Assembly (NCBI RefSeq): GCF_000143415.4
Contig: NW_003314277.1
Coordinates: forward strand, 1,213,139 to 1,277,138
Direction: 5' to 3'
From: Selaginella moellendorffii
Lineage: Eukaryota > Plantae > Lycopodiophyta
DNA length: 64,000 nt
Program-made: the position numbers and the translations under genes
The notes under the pieces: model-generated
Seen by the model: the letters and a program-made list of their open reading frames with translations, nothing else
Told to the model about the DNA's origin: nothing
Databases searched by the model: none
Shown here: positions 11,540-22,815 of the stretch, piece after piece
Position numbering within the stretch: the stretch's first letter is position 1
How the letters are laid out: each line of letters starts with the position of its first letter

Positions 11540-12978
11540 TTACTTGGTTGGCAGTGTCGATCTCTTGGCACCGCATTCCGAGCAAAACTTTGCATCCGAT
11601 CGACCATAAGGAACGTCGCATTTGTCACACCTTTCTCCCGGAGTACATGGAGTCTTCTCGCAATCAAAAATTTCTCTCGTGAGTTCTCGCGGAAAGAAAG
11701 AAAAGAATCGGTAGAAACTCTCACAGTCGTGCACGGGAGCGACCACTTTTGTCGTCCTTTGGAACCGGAGCTGGAGCCCCCGACTTCCACTTCAACCTGT
11801 GCAAATCCATGATCAAAGCTGAGAGGAGATGAAGGCGAGCACGAAGTTTAATCCAGATCTGTTTAGATTGTGCAAGCATTAGATGACAAGCTTCCAAAGT
11901 TCTCGGAGATAAAAGTACTTGCCTTCAATCTCGAAGCCCCAGAGGAAGATGGTCCAGCAGCCTGTTCTGGAAGAAACGTCCTTGTTTCAAGCAAAGGATT
12001 TAAAAAAGGGAATGGACGAACGTACTTGCGCCACGTTGGACGAGTCCAGGTGGCAGGCGATTGGAGAGCGCCGCGGCAGTGAGCCCGGTTCCAGCTTTTT
12101 TGGCGGGGCGAAGGGCCGTACAGCTCTTTTGATGGTGCTTGAAAGCTTCCGGACGAAATTTTCGATCGCAGTGAGGGCATTGCTCCAAATTGCCTTCCCA
12201 TTGCGCATAGGCCCTGCGAAACATTCATCCACAAAATCAGTAAGAACTTTGATCACGAAGAGGAAATAGGAAGAGCTCATTCTGAGGGGGGAGAGAGAGA
12301 GAGAGAGAGAGATGGAAGAAAAGAATGATCTAGGAACGGATTGGAAGAGCTCACTCTGAGAGAGTGATGGAAGAAAGAATGATCTACATGGATTGGAAGA
12401 GCTCACACTGAGAAGAATGGAAATTCTCGACCAAGAGAGAGAAAAAGAATGAAATGGAATACTTCAAGGGAAGGGATTGGAAGAGAAGAATGGAAATTCT
12501 CGACAAAGGATGAGAGAGAATGAAATGAAATGTCTACGAAGGAATAGATTGGAAGAGCTCACTCTGAGTCTGAGAAGAATGGAAATTCTCGACAAAGAGA
12601 GAGAAATCTTTGAAGGAAAGAGAGAGAAAGAACTTGAGGATCAAGGCAAGAAATTTGGAATGGAGCTTACGCGTCGTTGAATGCATCCACATTGTAGCCT
12701 CCCGAGCTCGTCGCGATGGGAATCTCGGCGGGCGGCAGCGGCAATGGCCGGCGCTCCTTTGGCGGCTTGAGCTCCTCCTCAGCTAGCCATTTCTTCTGGC
12801 ACTGCGGGATGTGGATCGGCAAACTGGCCACGAAATATCACCAAAGTCTCACAGCAAGATCGCGCGGCAGTGAGATCGAATCGAAGCTTTACCTCTTTGT
12901 TCCATACTCGCGGCCGCAGAGGTAGCACATCAGCATTTTGGGCCTGGCGGCCATGTTGCCGCCCACGGCGATGTCCAT
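11540..12978 (-). CDS. C2HC zinc-finger protein (ZNF474/ZC2HC1-like) with C-terminal zinc ribbon, multi-exon
   Basis: Spliced reading: [41 protein letters not shown]...|LEQCPHCDRKFRPEAFKHHQKSC...|CDKCDVPYGRSDAKFCSECGAKR. Confidence 0.75.
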
Positions 12979-13195
12979 CGGGGGCGCGATCCAAGAATTC
13001 CTGCCGAGACGAGGGCGATCGCGGAGAAAATCGGTGGCATTCCACGGCGCGCGATCGATCGAGAGTGATCCAAAGAAAGGATAGAAACCCCAGAAACGCC
13101 CACTGCCACCACGGACAGTATAACGTTCTCACGGATGGCGTGGGGCAATTGTAGCGGTTGGATCACAAACTCTACGGCTAGAATTAAATCCTTTC

Positions 13196-13814
13196 TCATT
13201 GATCGGCGAGTGGATTTGGTCTTACAATATCGAAATTGACCATCGCGCAAGCGAGGAGTTTGTTCTTGGGGTCTAACATCTCGAGCTTCAATCGATACGC
13301 TCCCTGCAAGAAAAAAAACTTTAGATACATAGTTTGTACGAAGATCTTCTTACCGATGGCGTGACCGATGGCAAGTTTTGGGAGCTCTTGAGCACAAAGT
13401 TTCCTGCTTCAACTGGACAGCTTGTTTTCTGGCACAGATCGTAGATCTCCCTGCGCACAAAAATTCCATGGAAGTAGACTGTGATCGCAAGCTTTCCCGA
13501 CGCCAATCTAGCACCTGATGGAAAACTCACGCTCTTTAATATACATATACAGCTCTGAAGAAGAACTTAACTTGATGAACCAGTGACTTGGAACTCGACG
13601 TCTTCGCCAGTAATCGCAGGATCTGGGACAACTTTCACATCTTGGAGAGTGATCCCACGAGGGCGATGATCTGCACGAAAACGAGGGAAACGAGTTAACA
13701 AAACCAAGGAAAACTTAAAGACAACTCACCACAAGGTGTCCATGAGCTGCTCGCCGAGACAACCGAGAAGGAAAGAACAGCTAGAAGCAGTAAGCTCTGG
13801 AAAAACTTCTCCAT
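13196..13814 (-). CDS. MD-2-related lipid-recognition (ML/NPC2) domain protein, 4 exons
   Basis: Signal peptide MEKFFQSLLLLAVLSFSVVSA, then WTPC|...VKVVPDPAITGE...|DLCQKTSCPVEAGNFVLKSSQNLPSVTPS|GAYRLKLEMLDPKNKLLACAMVNFDI. Confidence 0.85.
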
Positions 13815-13916
13815 AGCTAGGTTTCACAAAGAGGACAAAGCCTTTTCGATTCATAAATAGGCAACTCAAAAGGAAAGCACAGAACCCTTTTTATCGTTTT
13901 TGCGAAACTTAAAAGC

Positions 13917-14599
13917 TTACGCTGCCGCGTCTAATCGTCGCCAAACGATCTGGAACTGGATGTTTGCACAGGCCAAAAGGCTGGAGCCCTGAACGATCTG
14001 CATTCTAATCTTGTACTTTCCCTGAGAGAGAGAAAGAAAGTTTGTGAGAGTGAGAGAGAAGATCTAAAGAACAAAAGAAAAAAAAATCCTGTGACTTACA
14101 GAGGGCGTAAATCCAGGGAGCGCTTGGGTGCTGTTCAAGACGAAATCACCAGCAGCAATTGGGCACTTTGTTTTCTCGCACAAATCGTCCACCTCTCGAT
14201 GCACAGGGATGTTATGCCATAGCACAGTGACAATCACAGTGCCGGACTTGATTGGAACACCTTGAAAAAGCAGTCAATTCGCAAAGAATCACGCAATAAT
14301 CACTTGGAAAAGAAGCTTCGCAGAGAAAACCTACTCGTGCTCGCTGGAACAACGAATGCCGCATCCTGGCCGCTCACAACGGGATCCGGCAGGACCTCCA
14401 CGTCCTTGATCTTGACGGGATAGCTCTTGTACTTGTCTGGAGGAAGAGAGCAAGGATTGTTATGCCCTAATTCGCCAAGCAGCTAGACAGGACGAGGGAA
14501 TGCCACGCGCTTACCGCATAACTCCCAGGAGCTCGCCACAGCCAGAGCCGCGGTGGCCGCCATGGCCAAGACGCACAAGAGATTTCCCGCCGAAGCCAT
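13917..14599 (-). CDS. MD-2-related lipid-recognition (ML/NPC2) domain protein, tandem paralogue, 4 exons
   Basis: MASAGNLLCVLAMAATAALAVASSWEYC|DKYKSYPVKIKDVEVLPDPVVSG...|DLCEKTKCPIAAGDFVLNSTQALPGFTPS|GKYKIRMQIVQGSSLLACANIQFQI. Confidence 0.85.
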
Positions 14600-15220
14600 A
14601 AAAATGCCCCAATTCAGAAACCATACATACCAATTTTATAATCCATGGGACTTTTGATAACACACAGCAACAGTGAGTATCTCTCACATATATATGAAGT
14701 GTTTAAAGTATCTTGAGCAACGCAGAACCATGTAAAGAGTATATGAATGAATGAATGATGAAACAGGCAAGGCTTGTATAACAATAAAACTCTGTTATCA
14801 TTCATTCATTCAGTTTACAAGGTCTTGCAGCAAGAAGCATGAGACCGATAGGATTAAATATGTTGCAGTGACAATTACTTTAGGATCTAGTTTTCTGAAG
14901 ATCAATACGAAGGCCAGCCACAAGGGACGAGGTGGACAACATAGATGCTGATGAGATTGGAGGACAAACAGGCATAGCGCCTAATCACTGAGCCTGGGAA
15001 CCTCAGAGCATTCCGTTCTTGTATAACGAACTCAGTCTCTATTGCCTAGAAAACAAGCTCAAATTTATTAAGTGAAGAGAAGAAGTCTGCAGAAAGTCAG
15101 TCCTCCTTCAATCTCATCCTCCTCATCTCTTCTTCCAACGCTGTCAGTAAGAGCTTCTTGCGTCCCTAGCATGCAAATAATACCTCATATATTATTATGT
15201 TTGTTTATCTAAAGACCAGC

Positions 15221-17960
15221 TTACCAGGTCGCGATAACCACGCACGAAAGGATGATCATCCAGTTGCACTGCTGTAGGTCTGTTTGTTCCTCTTTCGAAG
15301 CACCATGCAAAAAGTGATGGCATTCGACCAGGAAGCTGTTAGGGATCTCCTCCGCACCAGATTGGACATTGACTTCCCGTCCAAAGAAGTGTGGAGAGCT
15401 GTGATGAAACCAACCACTTAAAATGTTAAAAAAAAATTTAAAAAAATGCAAAGCAAACCCTGGAGGGAAAAAAATCTTTGCTGATGCTTGAGTATTTACT
15501 CTGTGGCTCCAAATTCTTGATCATTTCAAGTACAACACAGCCCAGGCTCCAAACATCCGCTGAAAGACTATCACAATACTGGAGATACAAGTTTCAGCAA
15601 TGTGGCCACGATTATCAATCCACAAACCTCGGCTGGCATCTCAGGAACGCTTCAATCTGGTAAGGAAAATCGTAACAGTTTCAGATTTTACAGAGACACG
15701 TACCGATTGCAAACCGATGCCATAATGAGATAGCTTAACAACTTCATCCAAAGTATCCACAAGTATGTTTGCAGCTGTGAGCGCCCTGACAAAGAATCTA
15801 CAGATCAGTATGAAGTTTTCACTTGGAATTGATCACTCTTAAAACATGAACCCGTGTCTTGTGCTTCTGCTATGAAGATACTCTAAGCCAGATAAAATCT
15901 GACTAGTGTAGTCTCGAACTGCATCTCTGTTGAATGACACAGTTGCAAGTGTTTTTCCACGTGCGTTCTTCTTATAAATGAACAGCATGCAATTCACAAT
16001 CCATGGATAGTTTATTGCTTCAACGACTGCCTCAGATGCATAGTACTGCACGATGTGGGGGTGCCGCAGAGCGCTGAGTTCTGCAACTCGCTGAAAGTCA
16101 TAAGTCAGATGTGCATGAGCTACTAAGCTAGAGAGTAGACTACTTCCCACCTTAGCCAGGTTCTTAAACTGTGCAGGGAGCACATCGGAACTGTAAAGCA
16201 CAATTCTGCAGCAGGGTCGGCCTCTGTAAAGGCCTTGAACATATATATGTTTGGAGTGGAGATCAGAGTGTGGAATAATGTCTGTCTGTCTCCACTCAGC
16301 AGTGTCAGCACCTGTCCTGCCAGCATGAGCTCAAATTCATAGCCTGTTACGTTTATACACACCTGCGTGCTGTCTTCGAAAGGTTTGCAAGATATTGATT
16401 ATCTGATAAGTGTATTGTCGAACTTCATCTTCGTTGAATGACAGACTTGCAAGTGTTATTCCAGGTACGTCCTCCTCATAAATGAACAGCATGCAATTCA
16501 GAATCCATGGATAGTTTATTGCTTCAACGCCTGCCTGAGATGCATAGTACTGCACGATGTGGGGGTGCCACAGAGCACTGAGTTCTACAACAACCTGAAA
16601 GCCAAAAGTCAGATGTGTATCAACTACTAAGCTAGAGAGTAGACTTCTTTACCACCTTAGGCAGGTTCTCAAACTGTGCAGGGAGCACATTGGAACTGTA
16701 AAGCTCAATTCTGCAGCAGAGTCAGCCTCTGTAAATGCCTTCAACACTGGAGTGTGAAAAAATGTCTCGTCTCCACTCAGCACCTGTCCTGTCAGCGTGA
16801 GCTCAAATTCATAGCCTGTTACGTTTATACATGCTGCTGTTTTCGAAAGGCTTGCAAGATATCGATTATCACATCCATGTCTGGAAAGTCATAGTTACTC
16901 TGGTTCATGATTTCTTTCAGGGCCTTTGCATTTTATTCATCATAATTAGTTTTAGCCAGCTTCACAAACAGTTTTAATGATTCACAAAGTAAGTTTTTCA
17001 ATTTTGTTGCATTCCCCCTTTCTTGTCGCCACCAATAAACCATGAATCGACAATATTATGCAGCCTCAAGTCAACCTTAACTTCCCAAAAACCATGTCTA
17101 TGCAAGTGTAGAACAGCTTCTACAACTTGGTAAGTGACTTCCAGAAGTTGAGACATGGTGAGTTTGACGGTCGCCACTCTCCATAAATATGCGACACTCA
17201 CGATTCTTGGTAAGTATGTAATGCTTCCTGGTATCGTGGCAGTGGCACCATCCAAAAATCTTCACAATAGAGGAACTTGGACCTAGGAAAGGACCATTCG
17301 TCACCTCGAGATCCTCATCATAATCGAGCTCCACAAGTTAGCAGCCTGACCAAGCCAACCAAACCACTCCTCAGACCACTTCTCAGTAGGAGCAGTAGGC
17401 CAATCTTCCATGTTTATTCTGGGACAGTAGCCACTTTGTCTTTGGGATAAGTACTCGACAAGCTCCTCGGCATTCTTCACCAATTCGGTACAATCTTCGT
17501 TTGCCAAATTGTGGAGGTCATAATACGGATCCTGCTCCTGCTCAATATCGGACAGCCGCTCAAGAACATGGCCCGCCCACATACCCTCTTTTAGAACCCT
17601 TGACCTACGAATTGCGTCCGAGTTGATTATGTCCACACATTCCTGAAGCTCTGACAGAAGTTCCACAACTTCCCATCTCCTGTCATACCTGGATGCAGCG
17701 ATCCACTCCCAGTGCTCTTTATGACTGCATTGCCCGAGAAATTCCTTCACTCTATCCAATACATGGGCAAGGCGCTCCAAGGCCGCAGATAGGGGTGGGA
17801 TTGAGAAAGGTGGCCCGGCATTGATGATCTGCCCCCACAAGCGGCAGTACAGGGCATGTTGATTGCATACCAGAAACAGTAGCCTGCATAGACGAGGATA
17901 CGCTTTGGCATTTGGCGCAAGCTCAGAAATCGCATCGATCGACCTCAGTATGTCCTCCAT
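15221..17960 (-). pseudogene. Degenerate gene: MLKL/HeLo-like helical N-domain followed by kinase-like and MAPKKK-like kinase remnants
   Basis: ORF 17960-17301 resembles the helical domain of 18386-20092 (shared C-x-LL-x-LVC and EHWEW-x-A-xxx-YDR-xx-E). Downstream frameshifted kinase fragments: VDLRLHNIV, LSALRHPHIVQYY, VRDYTSQILSGLEYLHS, SADVWSLGCVVLEM. Confidence 0.65.
15897..16870. repeat. Tandem duplication (~500 + ~470 bp) inside the kinase pseudogene
   Basis: ~15897-16400 repeated at ~16401-16870 (e.g. ATAAATGAACAGCATGCAATTCA and GAGCTCAAATTCATAGCCTGTTACG each occur twice). Confidence 0.85.
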
Positions 17961-17985
17961 AGCTCCCTGAAACCCAGGCTTTGAC

Positions 17986-18392
17986 TTGGGTGAAGGGGGG
18001 AGGGGGTGTGCAGATATATGTAGCGCTGTTCATCTTCTTGAGCTCCACCCAAGTTGGCAAAAAATGAGCCAAGTCAACAGGGAGTCAATAAAGAATAGTT
18101 TGTTGTAATATTTATTATCGCTTAAAGAATATTTTGAATTTTTATTGCGTACTGTTATATAATATCAGGTATTATTATAACTATAACAAATCATATCTCA
18201 AATCCATAGAACTAGTCTTCTTCTCTCTCGGCTTTTTTGTTTCTCTCTCTTCTTTTGATCATCAAGCTTCGACATGAAAGCTGACTTTGTCCTCCATAGA
18301 GTTTGGCTTTGGGGCTGGGTTGGGTGAAGGGGGGAGGGGGTGTGCAGGTATACGTAGCGGCGTTCATCTTCTTGAGCTTCACCCAATGGCAA
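17986..18392. repeat. ~75-bp direct repeats (17986-18060, 18320-18392) flanking an AT-rich spacer between divergent kinase genes
   Basis: TTGGGTGAAGGGGGGAGGGGGTGTGCAG...GTTCATCTTCTTGAGCT.CACCCAA..GGCAA occurs twice; the second copy supplies the ATG at 18386. Confidence 0.85.
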
Positions 18393-20092
18393 GGAAGGTG
18401 CATATCAAGGTTTGCAGCGCTCGTGGCTTGATGCCGAGAGATGGATGCGGATCAGCAAGTCCTTACTGTATGGTGAGTTTCGACGGGCAGCAGGTCAAGA
18501 CCCAAGTACGACACAGGACTCTGAATCCGGAATGGAACGAGACCCTGGATCTCAACGTTGAGGGGGATGCATTGCAGCGAAGCCATGTTCGTGTCTCTGT
18601 TCTGAATTACACGAATCGGCGTCCTCTGGGGAAAATCAAGATAGAGGGTAGTGAGGTTCCGCATTGTTCATCTGAGCCTTCCGATTCCGAGCAGCGAAAG
18701 TACCGGCTGAAGACCGGCTTGAGCTGCGTCGCGATCAAGGAGAGAGGTTCGTTGACACTCAAGCTATGGTGGAGCGGCCCTGTTGACCATCATGAACATC
18801 CTTCACGTCGGGTCCGAATCCCTGCACCACAAATTGACAGCGTCAAGCATGAAGCTGAACTCGATAACATCATGATGAACATAAATCAGACTGCAAGTGC
18901 TGTCGAAGTCCATAAGGAACAGTGCTTGCTGTTGTGTTTGGTTTGCAAGGACAGCGTTGAAATGGTGAGAGGGTATGCAGGCAGTAGTGAGCTCTTCTTA
19001 AGGAGGCTAAGACAATTCATCAGGAAAGCAAACGGGGTGATTCGAGAGTGTTCCAAGCTTGAGGAGCATTGGGAGTGGCTTGCGGTTGTGAAATACGACA
19101 GGGAATTGGAAATCGAGGAGATCGTGGAGGAACTTCATTTCATGTGTGGGCTCATTGACGAAAGTCCTATTCAGGCTCACCTGCCAGAAATCCATGCAGT
19201 AGCCCAGCTCGACAAAGCTGCACTGGAAAAACAGGCACTAGATGGGAAATTTAAAAGTCACTATGCTAAATACATACTAGAGAGAGTAAATTCTTCAGAG
19301 CTGCCCGAGTTGAACTCGGAGAATGTGAATGTTCATTTCGGGGAAATGCTCGGTAGAGGAAGCTATGGTGTTGTTCGTAAAGGAACGTGGCATCAAAGGC
19401 TAGTTGCAGTCAAGGAGTTCAGGGAGTCTAATCTTTCATCACGAGAACTGCGCGCAGTATCACGTATACAGGCTGCTCCTCACATTGTTCAAACCATCGG
19501 CTACTACAAGGTTGACGAAAGCTGTACCCACTTGGTCATGGAGGTAATGAGGATGGATCTAAAAGAGTATGCCAGCAAGAACAAAGGGCTCACGCACTTG
19601 CAACTGGTCGAGATGCTGCTCCAGATTACCAAGGGCCTCAACTTCCTGCATGGGAAAAACATTGTGCACAGAGACCTCAAGCCAGAAAACGTTCTAATCG
19701 ATTTCACTGATGAGGACGAAGAGCAGCTTGTCCTGAAACTCGCCGATTTCGGTACTGCATACATCAACTTCAATACTGAACTTTCACATACAGCTCCAAT
19801 AGGGACGCGTATTTTCATGGCCCCTGAGCTACAGAGTGAAGAAATTAAAAGAAATGGTGAGACCGTGTACTCAAGATCGGTGGACCTTTACAGCCTTGGA
19901 ATGACATTCTCCCAGTTGGTCTTGTCGCAGCCTGCCATTGGGACGCCAACAGCAGAGCTGGAGGCTCTGATATGTCGATGTTCTTCTGAAGAGCCATCCG
20001 AAAGACCGGTTGTTGATGAGGTTCTGAAGTCATTACGTAACATTTTGCGCAACATTCTGTGCTGCAGTCTTGTCGGCGGAAGTGCTATATGA
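18386..20092 (+). CDS. Intronless C2 domain + MLKL/HeLo-like helical domain + protein kinase (568 aa)
   Basis: C2: VHIKVCSARGLMPRDGCGSASPYCMVSFDGQQVKTQVRHRTLNPEWNE. Helical domain: INQTASAVEVHKEQCLLLCLVC...LRRLRQFIRKANGVIRECS. Kinase: GRGSYG, VAVKE, HRDLKPEN, DFG, APE, DLYSLG all intact. Confidence 0.85.
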   Translation: MARKVHIKVCSARGLMPRDGCGSASPYCMVSFDGQQVKTQVRHRTLNPEWNETLDLNVEGDALQRSHVRVSVLNYTNRRPLGKIKIEGSEVPHCSSEPSDSEQRKYRLKTGLSCVAIKERGSLTLKLWWSGPVDHHEHPSRRVRIPAPQIDSVKHEAELDNIMMNINQTASAVEVHKEQCLLLCLVCKDSVEMVRGYAGSSELFLRRLRQFIRKANGVIRECSKLEEHWEWLAVVKYDRELEIEEIVEELHFMCGLIDESPIQAHLPEIHAVAQLDKAALEKQALDGKFKSHYAKYILERVNSSELPELNSENVNVHFGEMLGRGSYGVVRKGTWHQRLVAVKEFRESNLSSRELRAVSRIQAAPHIVQTIGYYKVDESCTHLVMEVMRMDLKEYASKNKGLTHLQLVEMLLQITKGLNFLHGKNIVHRDLKPENVLIDFTDEDEEQLVLKLADFGTAYINFNTELSHTAPIGTRIFMAPELQSEEIKRNGETVYSRSVDLYSLGMTFSQLVLSQPAIGTPTAELEALICRCSSEEPSERPVVDEVLKSLRNILRNILCCSLVGGSAI

Positions 20093-20289
20093 AACCTGCC
20101 ATGCACAAAGCATATATGTGCATTTTTAAGTATGGTAGCAACCATGCAGATCTATGGATATTTTTTTTTTCAATTGCTATAATAGCAATTTAAATATGAT
20201 TGTATTTATAATATTTTTGTTATTGGATATGTGGCATGACACATTAGACTGCAATGCACCCACAGCTTCCAAAAGTCGAGAAGTCATCT

Positions 20290-20500
20290 GACTCTCATGA
20301 AGAAGAAATCTGAATGCCGAAGTTACCACACTTTGGAAAGTAACTCGTGCATTCGTCAACCCAAATGGCATGACATAAAATATATAACAGCCCCACTCTG
20401 TAACAAATGTTGTCTTTGCTTGATCCTCAGGAGCCACCTAGATCTGGTTATATCCACTATAACCATCCATATCAATTCTGTGATATCATTGCAAATTTAG
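20290..20500 (-). mobile_element. Ty3/Gypsy reverse-transcriptase fragment (different family from the large copies)
   Basis: APEDQAKTTFVTEWGCYIFYVMPFGLTNARVTFQ; boundaries approximate. Confidence 0.75.
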
Positions 20501-21241
20501 TAAGGTTTTTTTTCCTCATTTTTGCCTTTTTCTCATTTAATTTGTGATTTTCTGATTGTGACTTCTCTCTCCTTTCCTTTACACAAAATCAACTGTGTAA
20601 TTTGCCCATCATTTCTCATGAGGTAATGGCACAAAGGCTTTTTTTGCTGGCTTCACCATGCTTCAAGTGTTGAGTATGTTGGTTTTGCAACAAACAATTG
20701 GATCATATGCTAGTTGCAATAAAGTATTAGCTTTATCAATTTCTCACACTCTTATAAATTTTTCAGATTTCAATGGTTTATTGTGCTTGAAAGTTTTCTT
20801 TCTAGGGCTTTTGCTTTTTGACTTGATTTTTATGATCATTATAGTGAGTTTGTTTTGGGGAGTGTGGATTATTACAACACAATATTTGTATATAAGTAAA
20901 TAACTAATTTATACCAATTCCTCTCCAATGCAGGTACTAATGTGTGTGGTTTCTATTTTAGATTCTTTCTATGGCCATAAGTTTGCAAATCACTACATTA
21001 CAGTCATGTAACCAAGTGTGTGTCATTCAAACTACTCCAAAAATCTCAATTACTAATTTTCTGAGCTCAAAATCTCAAATCATTTCGTTAATGCTAATAC
21101 ATTTTAAGCTGGTATGGTTTGAATTTTGAAGGTTAAGCATTAGAAATTTAGCAGTCACTATATTAAGTAAGGATAGTGAGATGATATACTTTATATATGA
21201 GGGGATACTATGTTTATATTGTTATGTATATACCTCCCACA

Positions 21242-21343
21242 TTTACACTTTTGTGGCGTTTTATTTTCTTTACAGGAGAGAGTGTATATATATATATATA
21301 CACTCTCTCCTGTAAAGAAAATAAAACGTCACAAATGTGTAAA
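21242..21343. repeat. 102-bp near-perfect palindrome centred on (TA)8
   Basis: 43-bp arms 21242-21284 and 21301-21343 are reverse complements with 2 mismatches. Confidence 0.9.
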
Positions 21344-22004
21344 CTAGGAGCAAATAATTCCATATATAACTTAATAATACTTGTTTGCATACAACATCAA
21401 AATTAGAGACTATGTCATCTTCTTTTCTTCCCACACAACAAACTTGCATGTATGTGTTTCCACATAACTTTCCTCCATTGCAAATCACAAAGTTAGAGGA
21501 GGAAGGTGAAGAGAAAGATCTCACTATTATAGAGATTTATAAAAGTAGTGTTGAATTTTTAGAATGTTGAAAAAAAATTTTGCTAGTGCAAGATAACATA
21601 TTGAATATAGTGTATGTTGTTGTAAATGGTGTGATGATTATATATAACATATATCCTTTGCATTAATTGCTCTTAAATATCTCTTACTTATTTTCATTCA
21701 TTTCCTCTTTGTAGAACTACTAGCAAAACTACTGTCATGTATTTTAGACTATAATTTTCCATTGTATGGTGTAAGATGATGGACGAATGTGAGGTAGGTG
21801 AATCTGAGATGACAAGAGAGGATTATTCTTGTGATTAATGGATTTAATTGAAAATTATATTTGAAAAAAATATAAAATTTTGAAACTGATTTCAAATCAA
21901 AATCAAAATCTACATAAATTCATTGAGTCATGAAAAGAAACCATTTACATTAAAGACAAAATTAAAAGATAATATTTTAATTTCTTTTCAAATTTTAAAA
22001 TTAC

Positions 22005-22600
22005 ATACAAATATTTTAAGTATCTATAAATTCTTAGGAATATTTTATTACCCTAGCTGTTCACTGAATGTGCTTTAAAAATGCCAAAACCAAATACGTT
22101 CTTAGGGAAATTATTCAGACTATGGAAAGAGTTCAAAAATAAGATAGTGACAAAAATTTTCATTCTACTTTAATCACTTAACCACACTTTCAACCACTTA
22201 AAAATGTCTCACTCATAACTTTCACAAATATTCATATCAATTTAGGGTGACTTCTATAATCTTATTAAACCTATAAAAATAGATTTAACTATTGTTATTT
22301 CAATTATTAATGTTAAAACTTTGGAAGGATGTATAACTACCTTAAATATGGCCTCAAATCAACTTTGATTTTATACTTGGTCCAAATATATAGCTTTTAT
22401 ATCACACACCAAAAATGTTATTCACATATCAAGTTTTTATATTAAAGATAAATCCATTTTCATTTGCCTCATTAGTAGTTTAAGACCATTTATATATATA
22501 AAACACTTTATTTTTTTCCTTTTAAATTAACTGAAAAAAGGTAATTGCTAACATTTCTAACTTGTTTATATATATATTCTTAACTAATTCTTTTGAAAAG
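22005..22600. repeat. AT-rich dispersed repeat, second copy at ~41659-42150
   Basis: ATACAAATATTTTAAGTATCTATAAATTCTTA and TATTAAAGATAAATCCATTTTCATTTGCCTCA shared between both loci. Confidence 0.75.
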
Positions 22601-22815
22601 GAAGAGATGCCAAGGTGTATGAATGAGAGGCTGTGCCGACAATAGAGAGGCGAGAGAGCAGCAGAACAAAAATCATTGGCAGGCTTGTCGCTAATATTGC
22701 AAAGTGGGACTTCAGCAGTCTCCAGGTGGTGGTAAATCCACCCAGTTGTGCCCAAACCTAATTTCTCAATAAACCTACAGAATTTGAGTAGTAAACGAGA
22801 TCCTGGATTTCGACT

